A stretch of 64,000 bases of DNA from Bacilli bacterium (GCA_028691955.1 JAQUYH010000002.1:13012-77011); one strand, 5' to 3'; counted from the stretch's first letter, positions 10,586 through 21,397 are shown. Program-made: numbers and translations. The notes: a model not told the origin generated them from the sequence alone.

Positions 10586-12144
10586 AAAAGTCCAAATAAT
10601 AAGATCACTATAATAGATAATTTTTTACTTATATTAAAAGCTTTTGTTCCATCATAAGTTAAATAATACGTTCCTGTTGTAATATTGGCTTCAATAAAGC
10701 CATATTCACTTTCTTCAATATTTATTTCTACTCCATTTTCATCTACTAATTTGTATCCTAAATAATACAGTCTTGGTAGTTCTACTAAGGAGTCTCCATC
10801 AAAAGAAAATGTCAATATTGGTGTATTATCTTCTATTATTTCTGCCTCACCACTCAAAGATATTATATCACAACTTCTATCATTTAAATAATCTTGATTC
10901 CTTAAAGTATTAACAGGCAAATATTCCTTTTGCCAACCCATACCACTAGCAAAGTTAAATTCATCTAAATTGACCTCATTATTTGAAGCAAAATTAGTAT
11001 TTAAATATCCACATACAAGTAACAAAAAAATAATTAAAAAATAAGTTAATTTTTTTATGTCCCTAAGAGACAAACAAAGCGGTGCTATTAAACTAACAAC
11101 AACCGATACAAAGACTTCAAGTCTCCATGGAAACTGTATCATACGAAGTGTTCCAGGAAGAATATCCCAAGGAAATAAATAAGTTGATAAAGTTAAAGAT
11201 ATTAATCCAAATATAATTACAAATTTATATTTATCTAAGCCTATTTTTTTATAATTTTTTATAGTAATAAATAAGAGTATAATTGTTACTAAATCCATAT
11301 AATATTTAATATCATTAGTATTAAAATTTTTAAAAATATTTATATAATCTAATGGGTTCCTAGCTGCCCACCATATATATCCAGCCATATGCCCAGGCAT
11401 AAAAACAGCATAATCACCTATAAACTTACCTTCTAACATATTAACTAAAGATGGCATTACAATAAGTAAAATAGTAATCGCTGAACCAACTAATATAAAC
11501 AATATATCTTTTTTAAATATTTTTTTATAATTTGTAATGAAAAATGGAATTATAAATAAAGTAAAATATATCATTAATGTAAAATGCGATAGCATTCCAC
11601 CAACATATCCTAAAGTAAATAAAAAATAGAACTTTTTTTTATCTTCAAACAAATAACTAAGACCAAGTAAAATTAAAGGAATAAAAATAAACATAAAAGA
11701 CTCGGCTAAAGCATCTCTTATATATATATCAGACAAATGATATGGAAAAGCCATATAAATAATAGCTGATATTAAAGCAATTTTTGAACTTTTAGACATT
11801 TTTTTAGATAAAAAGAACATAACTATACCAGAAAGTAATAGTACTAACCAATTAATTATTTTAAAACTAAATAAAATATCTAAATTAAAAATACTACTTA
11901 AATAAGCTACTGATAAATGAGATAAAGCAGGGTAAAAAATTAATGTTCCATATCCAAATGTCTTAACAATATTTGGAAGAATATATATGCTGTTGCCAGC
12001 TTCTATCTGCTCTTTAATAGAGATAACATTGGCTAAATGAAAGCCCGTATCATGACCACTATATGATGGATTTATAAACATAGCAAGCATCAATAAAAAA
12101 CTACAAACAATAATAATTAAAATATTTTTATATGTCTTATTCAC
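10555..12144 (-). CDS. polytopic membrane protein, probable GT-C-fold glycosyltransferase (YkcB/ArnT/PMT-like) partnered with the GtrB-like gene
   Basis: 529 aa, more than 10 predicted TM segments, short N-terminal loop with a DTGFH motif, C-terminal extracytoplasmic domain. The gene pairing with the GT2 is typical of GT-C enzymes. Confidence 0.5.
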   Translation of the reverse strand: MNKTYKNILIIIVCSFLLMLAMFINPSYSGHDTGFHLANVISIKEQIEAGNSIYILPNIVKTFGYGTLIFYPALSHLSVAYLSSIFNLDILFSFKIINWLVLLLSGIVMFFLSKKMSKSSKIALISAIIYMAFPYHLSDIYIRDALAESFMFIFIPLILLGLSYLFEDKKKFYFLFTLGYVGGMLSHFTLMIYFTLFIIPFFITNYKKIFKKDILFILVGSAITILLIVMPSLVNMLEGKFIGDYAVFMPGHMAGYIWWAARNPLDYINIFKNFNTNDIKYYMDLVTIILLFITIKNYKKIGLDKYKFVIIFGLISLTLSTYLFPWDILPGTLRMIQFPWRLEVFVSVVVSLIAPLCLSLRDIKKLTYFLIIFLLLVCGYLNTNFASNNEVNLDEFNFASGMGWQKEYLPVNTLRNQDYLNDRSCDIISLSGEAEIIEDNTPILTFSFDGDSLVELPRLYYLGYKLVDENGVEINIEESEYGFIEANITTGTYYLTYDGTKAFNISKKLSIIVILLFGLLWLKGILWKN

Positions 12145-12736
12145 AAATCCTCCTACTTACAGCAATACCGTCACCTATTTCAATAATATCAGTTTTAAAT
12201 TCTTTATTATCTTTTAAAAATTCCACATATTCACGAATCTTTCTAGTCATTTGTCTTAAATTCTTACTTTTAATTTCCATATCATAAGTAAGACCATGAA
12301 AATATATATTATCAGTTATGATAGTACCCTTTTTTTCTAAATTTATTTTAAATTTTTCAAAAAACTTTGTTGATTGACTTTTAGCAGCATCAATAAAAAT
12401 TAAATCAAATTTATCTTTTATTTCTACATTAAAAGCATCATCATTAATTATCACAATTTGTTTTTCTAAATTAAATAACTTTATGTTTTTTAAAGCATCT
12501 AAATATCTAGCATTATCTCTTTCAATAGTAACAACTTTAATTTCACTACTAATTAAAGCCATATTAATAGCCGAATACCCTATCGCACTACCTATTTCTA
12601 GAATGCTTTTAACACTGTTCTTTTTAATATAATCTATTAAAAATTCTATCCCATCTCTTTCCATAATAGGAATATTATTTTTATGAGCATTTAATTCTAA
12701 ATCTTCCATCATAAGCAAGCCTCCTAAAGTTATCAC
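12137..12736 (-). CDS. SAM-dependent O-methyltransferase, YrrM/TrmR-like (tRNA 5-hydroxyuridine methyltransferase family)
   Basis: 199 aa class I O-methyltransferase fold (ILEIGSAIGYSA, IFIDAAK). In Bacillus this gene sits adjacent to the U32 pair. Confidence 0.7.
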   Translation of the reverse strand: MITLGGLLMMEDLELNAHKNNIPIMERDGIEFLIDYIKKNSVKSILEIGSAIGYSAINMALISSEIKVVTIERDNARYLDALKNIKLFNLEKQIVIINDDAFNVEIKDKFDLIFIDAAKSQSTKFFEKFKINLEKKGTIITDNIYFHGLTYDMEIKSKNLRQMTRKIREYVEFLKDNKEFKTDIIEIGDGIAVSRRICE

Positions 12737-12809
12737 AAGAATTATACTACATAATTACAAATATTAAAATATATTAAAAAAGATTTCAAAAGAAACCTTA
12801 AATACTAAA

Positions 12810-12886
12810 TGGCGTCCACGGGCAGAATCGAACTGCCGACCTATCGCTTAGGAGGCGATTGCTCTATCCTACTGAGCTACGAGGAC
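12810..12886 (-). tRNA. tRNA-Arg (anticodon CCT)
   Basis: Reverse complement GTCCTCGTAGCTCAGTAGGATAGAGCAATCGCCTCCTAAGCGATAGGTCGGCAGTTCGATTCTGCCCGTGGACGCCA. Cloverleaf with anticodon loop CTCCTAA and an encoded CCA end. Confidence 0.85.
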
Positions 12887-12946
12887 AAAATACAGCTTTA
12901 ATTAAAAGCCATAATTATTGTAAAACAAAAAACTAGAAAAATCTAG

Positions 12947-13453
12947 TTATTTCTTTAAATTAAATATACATAATATAACTAAATTAGTTATAAAAATAAA
13001 TTGATAAGTAAATTTCTGCAAAAACTCTTTTGTTCCAATAAACTTATCCACACCGTTTACAACCCAACTTTCAGCATATTTAGGAACAGTTAAACAATTA
13101 ACAGGAAACATATGAGACTTTATAATATCAGCTTCCAAGTCATTAATTTCATATTCACTACTTGCTGTAGCCAAAGCCAACTTAGGATGAGTAAAAGTTG
13201 ATTTAAACTTATCTTTAAAAGTACTACTAGGATCACTTAAAAAGTAATCATGTAAAAGTCCTGCTTTTGCAACATCTTTATAATTTAACTTTAGTGTTTT
13301 TGCTATTTTGTAAGAATAATATGACACCTTCACAGAATGATCATATCTTGAAATACCATGATGTTCAATTTCCTTTATAGAATTAAATTTATCATCATAT
13401 AGAATTGAACCTACCAGGTTAACATAATCTGTATCTCTTTCTATATCGCTCAT
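12947..13453 (-). CDS. HD-domain phosphohydrolase
   Basis: 168 aa with the H..HD...H...D pattern (HHGISRYDHSVKV ... LLHD). Confidence 0.6.
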   Translation of the reverse strand: MSDIERDTDYVNLVGSILYDDKFNSIKEIEHHGISRYDHSVKVSYYSYKIAKTLKLNYKDVAKAGLLHDYFLSDPSSTFKDKFKSTFTHPKLALATASSEYEINDLEADIIKSHMFPVNCLTVPKYAESWVVNGVDKFIGTKEFLQKFTYQFIFITNLVILCIFNLKK

Positions 13454-13540
13454 TTAATATTCACCTCAATACAACGTATGAAAAATGCAGCTAATTAAAA
13501 CTACAAAATAAGTATATTACAAAACAAATAAAAATGCAAA

Positions 13541-14302
13541 TCAATAAATAATCGCTAAAAGTCCATTAAAATCAACATTTAAAAGCAATAATATCAAAGC
13601 ACCTATACATAAAAAAGGTCCAAAAGGTACAATATTTGTTCTCTTAAGTTTTAAAATCATAATAGAAACAGGAAGCCCAATTATAGATCCTAAAAATATA
13701 GAAACGATAGATAGTTGATATCCTAACACTAAGCCAATAACACCCATAAGCTTTATATCTCCACCACCCATAGATTCCCTTTTAAACAAAAAGTCACCAA
13801 TTTTTTTTATCAAAAACATAATAGAGAAAGATATAAATCCATTTAAAACAGCAAATAAAGTAGATGATACCCCACCTTTAAAAAATAAAATTACTAAAAA
13901 AGCTATTGTAAAAAATATTAAAACCTGATCTGGAATTATCATAGTTTGATAATCACTTATAAAGACAATTACAGACATTGATATAAATAATAATACCAAA
14001 ACTAACTGTATAGAAAATCCAAACAATAAAAATGATAAAGCAAATAAAGATCCTGTTATAAATTCAAATATAGTATAAAACCAAGATATCTTTTGATTAC
14101 AATTTTTACACCTTCCACCTTGAATAAGAAAAGATAAAATTGGAATTAATTCCAAAGGAGTTAAAACATGATTACAGTTTGGGCAATGTGATCTAGGTTT
14201 AACAATTGATTGATTTCTAGGAAGCCTATACCCAACCACATTAAAGAATGACCCAAGTAAAGTGCCTAGCACAAAAAAATATATTGCAAATAAAGTAGTC
14301 AT
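13541..14302 (-). CDS. prepilin peptidase (A24 family, PilD/ComC)
   Basis: 253 aa. N-terminal tetra-Cys Zn finger (CPNCNH...CKNCNQ), polytopic, catalytic GGGDIKLMG motif. Confidence 0.85.
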   Translation of the reverse strand: MTTLFAIYFFVLGTLLGSFFNVVGYRLPRNQSIVKPRSHCPNCNHVLTPLELIPILSFLIQGGRCKNCNQKISWFYTIFEFITGSLFALSFLLFGFSIQLVLVLLFISMSVIVFISDYQTMIIPDQVLIFFTIAFLVILFFKGGVSSTLFAVLNGFISFSIMFLIKKIGDFLFKRESMGGGDIKLMGVIGLVLGYQLSIVSIFLGSIIGLPVSIMILKLKRTNIVPFGPFLCIGALILLLLNVDFNGLLAIIY

Positions 14303-14313
14303 TTTTACTCCTT

Positions 14314-16299
14314 CTATCCTTGAACTGATTGATATAAATTAAACATTGGTATAATTATAGCAAGTACTATGCCACCAACAATAACTGTTAAAAAGATAAT
14401 TAAAATAGGTTCTACGAATGTTTTAATTCTAGTTACTGAGTTTTTATGTAACTCCTGATAATAAGAAGAAACCTTAGCCATCATTTCTGGTAATTGTCCC
14501 GTTTTCTCCCCAGTTACCAACATCTCATAAGCGGGCATTGGGAAAGCCCAATGACCTTTAAATGACATTGATAACTTATCGCCATGAGCTAAATTAGATA
14601 TTGTATCTAATATAATCATCTTATAAATCTCATTATTCGTAACCTTGGTAAGAATTTCCATACTTTCAGTAATAAAAACATTGTGCTTTAATAATGAAGC
14701 AAAAGTTTTAGTAAACATCGTTACTTCATTATATATAATTACATTTCCAAAAACAGGCATATGCATTAAAAGCCACTGTACAATAGTTTTAAATGATTTT
14801 ATATGCGAATAGAAATATTTAAGGGTTACAATAACAGCTAATATAATCATTAACACTTTAAGAGCATTGGCCTTCAAAAAATCACTTACAGACATTACAA
14901 ATAAAGTAAATTCTGGAATCTTAGAATTATCCATTGAAGAATATATGTTTGTAAACTGAGGTACTACATACATTAAAACAAAAACAATAACACCTGTTGC
15001 TAAAACTAAAATAATAGCTGGATAAGTCATAGCTGTAATCATTTGCCTTCTCGTTTTATCAGCTTCAGTATAATAGTCCGCCATATCATCCAATGCTTCT
15101 GGAAGCTCGCCTGTCATTTCTGCTGTCTTAACCATATTAATTAATAATCTAGGAAAAGCCATCCCTTGTTTTGACATAGCTTCACTAAAATTTTCACCCA
15201 TAGTTAGTTCATATATAACATTTCTAATAATTTGTTTATACTTATTTTGTTTGTATTGCCTAGATAAAATTCTAAGTGATTCAATTAAAGTAATACCAGA
15301 CTTAATATATGTAGATAACTGAGTCAAAAAGAAAATTAAATCTTTTGTTTTAAATTTTGTTCTTATACTCTTACTTCTACCATATTTGAATTTTATCCAC
15401 GGTGAAGTTTTAATACTATAAACTTCATAATTTTCACTCAATAAGAAAGAGTGAACTTCAACTTTTGAAAAAGCTTCATAATGACCTTTTATAATTTGCC
15501 CATCAACATTTTTAACTACATATTCATAAGGTATCTTTTCAACACTCTTTACAGCATCTTCTCCTTCAAAATTAATTAGCAATTCCTGATGTTCCATTTC
15601 ATAACGGTTACGTTTATTTTTTACAAAAGTTAAATTGTCATACCACTTGTTAATATTTTCCTTGAAATTTTTAGGCAAATTATTTAATGCCCTAATGCCC
15701 TGTTGAATATAATCATTAAAAGTATGTTTTTCTATTTTAACATTCTTATTTATAAATTCATTTTTCTCTTTTAATTTTCTTTTTTCTTCCCTTTGTTTTC
15801 TTCTTTTTTCGTCTAACTGAGCCTTCTCAATTACTTTTCTCTCAAGTAATTGCTCTTTTTTTAATTTTCTAGCAATTTTTCTCTTTATATTTGCAACAGT
15901 TCTTTCTTCTCTATTTTTAGAACGTCTCTCTCTTGCTACTTTTGTTTTATCCCTTATTATTACAAAAGGAAAATATAAACCAAATATAAAATACTTTAAT
16001 ATTTTATATAAAGAAAAGCTAAGTAGTATAAATGAATTTAAAAAATACAAAACTGTTTTATCTAAAGAATTATATAATTTCATCGAAGAATAAACAATTC
16101 CATATAAGCAATATTTAAAAGTACTATAAATTGATTTATAAACTAAATAAGAGACAAACATAAAACCAATAAAAAAGTATTTAAAAGCACTATAAAAAGA
16201 TTCACTTAAAAATTTTACAGTCTCAAAAATTCCTAAAAAGAACCATCTTATAACAAACAAAGGCGCTGCAATTATAGACAAAATAACATTTTTTTTCAA
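14314..16299 (-). CDS. type II secretion/type IV pilus platform protein (GspF/PilC/ComGB family) with an unusual ~150-aa N-terminal extension (3-4 TM helices plus a KR/E-rich region)
   Basis: 661 aa. Two GspF domains at residues ~310-661 (DLIFFLTQLSTYIKSGITLIESL; EALDDMADYY...TYPAIILVLATGVIV). Residues 1-150 are hydrophobic helices followed by KVARERRSKNREERTVANIKRKIARKLKKEQLLERK... The SD-to-ATG spacing is long, so the true start is uncertain. Confidence 0.75.
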   Translation of the reverse strand: MKKNVILSIIAAPLFVIRWFFLGIFETVKFLSESFYSAFKYFFIGFMFVSYLVYKSIYSTFKYCLYGIVYSSMKLYNSLDKTVLYFLNSFILLSFSLYKILKYFIFGLYFPFVIIRDKTKVARERRSKNREERTVANIKRKIARKLKKEQLLERKVIEKAQLDEKRRKQREEKRKLKEKNEFINKNVKIEKHTFNDYIQQGIRALNNLPKNFKENINKWYDNLTFVKNKRNRYEMEHQELLINFEGEDAVKSVEKIPYEYVVKNVDGQIIKGHYEAFSKVEVHSFLLSENYEVYSIKTSPWIKFKYGRSKSIRTKFKTKDLIFFLTQLSTYIKSGITLIESLRILSRQYKQNKYKQIIRNVIYELTMGENFSEAMSKQGMAFPRLLINMVKTAEMTGELPEALDDMADYYTEADKTRRQMITAMTYPAIILVLATGVIVFVLMYVVPQFTNIYSSMDNSKIPEFTLFVMSVSDFLKANALKVLMIILAVIVTLKYFYSHIKSFKTIVQWLLMHMPVFGNVIIYNEVTMFTKTFASLLKHNVFITESMEILTKVTNNEIYKMIILDTISNLAHGDKLSMSFKGHWAFPMPAYEMLVTGEKTGQLPEMMAKVSSYYQELHKNSVTRIKTFVEPILIIFLTVIVGGIVLAIIIPMFNLYQSVQG

Positions 16300-16381
16300 A
16301 CAGCACCTCCCTATCTTAGATTACTATTAATTCAATTATAGCATACTTTAATTCTTTCATAAATATTTTTAGAGAATAAAA

Positions 16382-16405
16382 AGACTAAAATATTAATTTT
16401 AGTCT
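16382..16405 (-). terminator. hairpin (10-bp stem AGACUAAAAU/AUUUUAGUCU) followed by a U-run, overlapping the trmK stop
   Basis: The minus-strand RNA reads AGACUAAAAUUAAUAUUUUAGUCUUUUUAUU. Confidence 0.4.
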
Positions 16406-16987
16406 CAAATTAAAAAGCTCAACTTTTTTTAGTAAAATGCGAACTATATACTTTGATGGGATTTGATTAATTTCCTTTTTCTTAATTGATATTAAATAAT
16501 TATAATAACCATCCGATTTTATTCTAGCATTTAAATAAAATAATTTCTTTCTTTTAAAATAAGTAATAACATACCATTTCCCATCAAAAACAGTTTTAAT
16601 ATCGTATATGTAATAGCCTTTCTGTTTTATTTTTTTTATTAATTTATCAACATCATTATTAGACTGAATAATTAAGTCATTATCTATTTTTCTTTTCAAT
16701 ATTTTCAATATATTTCTTGTTCCCATACCAGAAATAATAACAATACGATTTTTTATGTCAATACCATTAATACCATCAGCCTGTATTATTGGAATATTTA
16801 AATTACAAAGCTTAACATTATCAATAGCCTTATTAACACACCACTTATTTATGTCAGTTCCAATACAATCAATATTTCGTTCTTTATTTAAATAAATTTC
16901 TAGCAAAGCATGATCTGTTCCGACATTAATAATTAACGAATTGTCAGGGACTAGATCTGCTATCTGTTTAAGTCTTAATGAAAGCAT
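16385..16987 (-). CDS. trmK: tRNA (adenine22-N1)-methyltransferase TrmK (YqfN family)
   Basis: 200 aa. N-terminal LRLKQIADLVPDNSLIINVGTDHALLEIYL matches the TrmK signature. Conserved dnaG-sigA-trmK gene order. Confidence 0.75.
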   Translation of the reverse strand: MLSLRLKQIADLVPDNSLIINVGTDHALLEIYLNKERNIDCIGTDINKWCVNKAIDNVKLCNLNIPIIQADGINGIDIKNRIVIISGMGTRNILKILKRKIDNDLIIQSNNDVDKLIKKIKQKGYYIYDIKTVFDGKWYVITYFKRKKLFYLNARIKSDGYYNYLISIKKKEINQIPSKYIVRILLKKVELFNLRLKLIF

Positions 16988-18069
16988 TATTCACCCAAAT
17001 AATCTTTTAGTTTTCTACTTCTAGATGGGTGCTTTAATTTTCTTAAGGCCTTAGCTTCAATTTGTCTAATTCTCTCTCTTGTAACTCCAAATAATTGACC
17101 TACTTCTTCTAGTGTCATAGACTTTCCATCATCCAAACCAAATCTTAAACGAATTACTTTTTCTTCTCTTTCCGTTAAAGTAAGTAAAACATCCGAAATT
17201 TCATCTTTAAGCATCTCATTAATAGTAAACTCCTCAGGACTCATATTACGTTCATCCTTAATAAAATCTCCAAGATGAGTATCATCTTCCTCACCTATTG
17301 GTGTTTCCAAACTAACAGGTTCTTGACTAACTTTAAAAATTTCTCTTACCTTTTCAGCCGAAATACCCATTTTAGCTGCCAACTCATCTTCAGAAGGCTC
17401 CCTATTTAATTCAAGAGTCAGTTGCCTTTGAATCCTAGCTAGTTTGTTAATTGTCTCGACCATATGAACAGGTACTCTTATGGTTCTAGCTTGGTCAGCT
17501 ATAGCTCTAGTTATAGCCTGCCTAATCCACCAAGTTGCATAAGTACTAAATTTATAGCCTTTAGTAACATCAAATTTTTCAACAGCCTTCATCAAACCAA
17601 TATTACCCTCTTGAATTAAATCAAGAAACAGCATTCCTCTTCCAACATATCTTTTAGCAATACTAACAACAAGTCTTAAATTAGATTCAGCCAAAATATC
17701 TTTAGCAGCCTGCTCTCCATTTTTAATTCTATCAGCCAAATCAAGTTCTTCCTCTATAGATAACAACTTAATTTGTCCAATTTCTTTTAAATACATCCTA
17801 ACAGGATCATTTATAGTTAAATCTTTAGTTAAAATATTGTCGTCCAATAATATTTTTTCAGGTGCAGATCCCTCATCATCATCTTCGCCAGAAACAATTA
17901 CAATATTATTTTCATTAAACATATTGTATAAATCATCTAATGTCTCAGCATCCATTTCTAACCCTTTTAAATTAGATGCTAATTGTTCATAAGTTATACA
18001 ACCTTTTTCTCTTCCTAGTTTTAGTAACTCTTCTTTTCTCTCATCATAAGATTTTATTTCATTAATCAT
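16987..18069 (-). CDS. sigA: RNA polymerase sigma factor SigA (sigma-70)
   Basis: 360 aa with regions 1.2 to 4.2, including the [27 protein letters not shown] motif. Confidence 0.95.
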   Translation of the reverse strand: MINEIKSYDERKEELLKLGREKGCITYEQLASNLKGLEMDAETLDDLYNMFNENNIVIVSGEDDDEGSAPEKILLDDNILTKDLTINDPVRMYLKEIGQIKLLSIEEELDLADRIKNGEQAAKDILAESNLRLVVSIAKRYVGRGMLFLDLIQEGNIGLMKAVEKFDVTKGYKFSTYATWWIRQAITRAIADQARTIRVPVHMVETINKLARIQRQLTLELNREPSEDELAAKMGISAEKVREIFKVSQEPVSLETPIGEEDDTHLGDFIKDERNMSPEEFTINEMLKDEISDVLLTLTEREEKVIRLRFGLDDGKSMTLEEVGQLFGVTRERIRQIEAKALRKLKHPSRSRKLKDYLGE

Positions 18070-19780
18070 TGCTATCTCCCTTTAACTCTACTATTTTTTG
18101 TAAAATTTCTTTTTGCTTTTCTAAATCACAAGTTTTTAATTCTTCACGAAGTCTTTTTATTTCATAATTCAAATTATATTCATTAATTGTGTTAATATAA
18201 TCATTAATCTCTTCTAAAGTATACTCATCCTTTAAATCTAAATCGATAATTTCTTTTAAATATCCATTTAATTCATCATCTAAACATGACATCAAATCAG
18301 CAATATTTATATCATTATTATCCTTATAAAATTTTAATACAGCTCTAGACAAAAGCCTAAATTTTAAAGTTGGTAAATATCCTGCTTTATGCTCATATAA
18401 TTTAATAACTTCTTTACTATTTACCATATAATAAAGCAAATACATTTCAGCTTTTTGATACTTATTAAACTTAATTACATTTGGATGCTCTTCAACTATA
18501 ATTTCTTTTTTTGCTAACTTTCTTCTTAGCAAATTACTATCAATGTTTGACTCTTCACTTATCTTATTAATAGTTACTTCTCTTAATATATCATCATCTA
18601 TTTCATTTAAAGATCTAATAACCTCATTTAAATAATTAGCTTTATCTTCAACAGAATTCAAATTTTTACCTTTTTTATAATAGCTAAGTTTAAATTCAGT
18701 CACTGTCAATGGATTGTCTAACTTTTGTCTAAATCTACCTTCACCATATTTTAAAATATATTCATCAGGATCCAAGCCTTCTTCTAGCCTAACAATTTTT
18801 GGTATAACACCTACATTAATTAATTCCTTACTAGCACTTTCAGTAGCTTTTTCACCAGCTGCATCACCATCAAAACAAATAATAACATTTTTAGCCATTC
18901 TTTTAATTAAATTAGCTTGATACTTTGTCATAGCTGTTCCCATCAAAGCTATAGTATTAGTTATCTTGACAGAATGACATCTAATAACATCCATAAATCC
19001 CTCTAAAATAATAACAGCATCTTCTTTTCGTGCGCTATCCTTAGCTCTGTGGTAATTATATAAAAGTTCTCCTTTTTTAAAAAGTTCTGTCTCTCTTGTA
19101 TTAATATACTTTGAATCACTCTTTTCATTATATATTCTCCCACTATATCCAATAACTTTACCACTAAGGTCACACAAAGGAAACATAATACGATTATAAT
19201 AAATATCAGAATAACCGTAATCATTTTTTACAACAAGTCCTGTTCTCATAATATCTTCATATGAATACTTTTTGTTAACCAATAGATTGATTAACATTTT
19301 ATAGTCTTTAAGAGATAAACCAATTTCAAAATCTTTAATTAACTTATCATCAATACTGCGATCATTCAAATACTTTTTAGCTTCTAATCCCTGTTTAGTA
19401 TTAATATTATTTTGATAAAGCTTCAATGAAAAACCATATATATCATACAAAACTTGTAATTTGTTTACTTGCTTATCTTTTACACTAATATCAATATTAA
19501 TATTTGCTTTTTCTGCTATTATCTTTACTGCCTCTATAAAGGAGATATTTTCATATTTTTGAACAAAATTAAAAACATTGCCCGATTCACCACAAGAAAA
19601 ACATTTATAAATTTGTTTTTCTTTAGAAACACTCATAGATGGATTTTTGTCATTATGAAAAGGACAAATACCAAAATAATTCTTTCCGTGCGGTGAAAGA
19701 CTTACATATTCTGATATAACATCAACAATATCAACACTTTTCCTAATTTCATTTAATTTATGCTCACTAATTAGTTCCAT
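18062..19780 (-). CDS. dnaG: DNA primase DnaG
   Basis: 572 aa. CHC2 zinc finger ([13 protein letters not shown]...CFSCG), TOPRIM domain (EGFMDV, DGDAAG). Confidence 0.95.
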   Translation of the reverse strand: MELISEHKLNEIRKSVDIVDVISEYVSLSPHGKNYFGICPFHNDKNPSMSVSKEKQIYKCFSCGESGNVFNFVQKYENISFIEAVKIIAEKANINIDISVKDKQVNKLQVLYDIYGFSLKLYQNNINTKQGLEAKKYLNDRSIDDKLIKDFEIGLSLKDYKMLINLLVNKKYSYEDIMRTGLVVKNDYGYSDIYYNRIMFPLCDLSGKVIGYSGRIYNEKSDSKYINTRETELFKKGELLYNYHRAKDSARKEDAVIILEGFMDVIRCHSVKITNTIALMGTAMTKYQANLIKRMAKNVIICFDGDAAGEKATESASKELINVGVIPKIVRLEEGLDPDEYILKYGEGRFRQKLDNPLTVTEFKLSYYKKGKNLNSVEDKANYLNEVIRSLNEIDDDILREVTINKISEESNIDSNLLRRKLAKKEIIVEEHPNVIKFNKYQKAEMYLLYYMVNSKEVIKLYEHKAGYLPTLKFRLLSRAVLKFYKDNNDINIADLMSCLDDELNGYLKEIIDLDLKDEYTLEEINDYINTINEYNLNYEIKRLREELKTCDLEKQKEILQKIVELKGDSND

Positions 19781-19884
19781 AATAGTACTCCTAAATAATT
19801 ATACAAAAAAAAATACAATTTTCCTTTTTTCCATAACAAAATAAATAAAAAAAAGCCATTAAATAATGACTATTTTATTAAAAA

Positions 19885-19961
<77 letters not shown>

Positions 19962-20055
19962 AAATTCAAGAACAAAATGATTATACAACACTTTAAAACC
20001 TAATTCAAGCCTTTTTTAACTTTTTATATAAAAAAATCAACATATAATATGTCGA

Positions 20056-20814
20056 TTAAAAATTCCAAATGTCCTCATCTGTTTCAGTTTCTTCTAAGTT
20101 TTCTGCTTTTTTAGCATCCTTCATAGAACTTTCTGTCCATATATCAGTAGGTTCTATTTTTAAATCTTCTTTCTTTTCTTCTATTTCTTTTGTCTCTTCT
20201 TTTTTTTCATCTTTAACAGATTCTAAAATTTCATTATTAGATGATTTTTTACCTTCATCTTCTAATTTTGGATTATTATCTTCTTTTTGATCCTCTAGCT
20301 TATTTTCCTCAGCATTATCTAAAGCTTCAGATTTTGTTTCTTTTACATCATCTTTTTTTTCTTCTTTATTTTTTTTCTTATCCTTTTTATTAAATTTATC
20401 TTCTTTAACATTGTCTGCAGTGCTGTTTTCCTTATTTTCTAAAGTTTCTGTTTCTTGAACATTTTCTTTTTTATCTTCTTTGAAATCGCCCAAAGGAACG
20501 CTTAATTCAGCTAATTCTGCATCACTAAGTTCAGGAGTATTATTTGTAGAAACTTCTTCTTTTTTAATAGTTTCTAGAGCCGGAGACTCTTCAACTTTTT
20601 TCTCTAAATCTTTATAAACAACATCATTTAATTTAATATTTTTAAGATTAACTACTTCTTCCTTTTTTTCTTCTTTAACTGGACTTATGTTTACTTTTCT
20701 TTCTGTCTTTTTATGACCAAAATCGGTTTTTTCTGCTATATAACCGATAATTATCATAATAACAAAAATAATTCCTAACATAGTCCACAAAATATTTTGT
20801 TCTATGAAAATCAC
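20056..20814 (-). CDS. membrane-anchored, highly charged K/E/D-rich low-complexity protein of unknown function
   Basis: 252 aa. One N-terminal TM helix (ILWTMLGIIFVIMIIIGYIA), then about 200 aa of KE-rich low complexity ending in the acidic tail ETETDEDIWNF. The opposite-strand ORF 20069..20290 is a translation artefact of the low complexity. Confidence 0.5.
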   Translation of the reverse strand: MIFIEQNILWTMLGIIFVIMIIIGYIAEKTDFGHKKTERKVNISPVKEEKKEEVVNLKNIKLNDVVYKDLEKKVEESPALETIKKEEVSTNNTPELSDAELAELSVPLGDFKEDKKENVQETETLENKENSTADNVKEDKFNKKDKKKNKEEKKDDVKETKSEALDNAEENKLEDQKEDNNPKLEDEGKKSSNNEILESVKDEKKEETKEIEEKKEDLKIEPTDIWTESSMKDAKKAENLEETETDEDIWNF

Positions 20815-20890
20815 ACAAATCCCTCTTTCTTATTCTTACTAAGAGTTTACCATTAAATTCCCTTTTTGTAAACACCAAATTATTATCTAT

Positions 20891-21397
20891 TTACATTTCC
20901 AGATAATCTTCACCTTTAAAAGGTTCTGTTTTTAATAATTCCTTATAATTTTGTTGTCTTAAAACTTCATATACCATTATAGCTACACAGTTAGATAAAT
21001 TCAGAGCTCTAACATTACTAGTCATTGGAATTCTAAGACATCTATCCAAATAATTTTTTAATATTTCTTTAGGAGTACCTGTACTTTCTTTACCAAAAAT
21101 TAAATAAATATTTCTGTTAGTATCACTATAATCAAAACTAGTATGTGGTTTTTTACCATATCTAGTTAGAAAATAAAAATCACCATCATTCTTACTTAAA
21201 AATTCGTCGAAATTTTCATAAATTTTATATTCACATTTATCAATATAATTAACGCCAGATCTTTTTATATTTTTTTCATCTAATGAAAATCCTAAAGGTT
21301 TTATTAAGTGTAAATGAGTCCCTGTTGCTACACAAGTACGCATTATATTTCCAGTATTCTGTGGTATTTCAGGCTCAAATAAAACTACATTTATCAA
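20891..21397 (-). CDS. trmL: tRNA (cytidine/uridine-2'-O-)-methyltransferase TrmL (SpoU/TrmH class)
   Basis: 168 aa SPOUT fold, matching the CspR/YibK family (VVLFEPEIPQNTGNIMRTC). Confidence 0.8.
   Translation of the reverse strand: MINVVLFEPEIPQNTGNIMRTCVATGTHLHLIKPLGFSLDEKNIKRSGVNYIDKCEYKIYENFDEFLSKNDGDFYFLTRYGKKPHTSFDYSDTNRNIYLIFGKESTGTPKEILKNYLDRCLRIPMTSNVRALNLSNCVAIMVYEVLRQQNYKELLKTEPFKGEDYLEM

Noticed and set aside
20069-20290. 73-aa Ser-rich ORF on the plus strand
   Set aside because: Mirror-frame artefact of the K/E-rich low-complexity gene on the minus strand.
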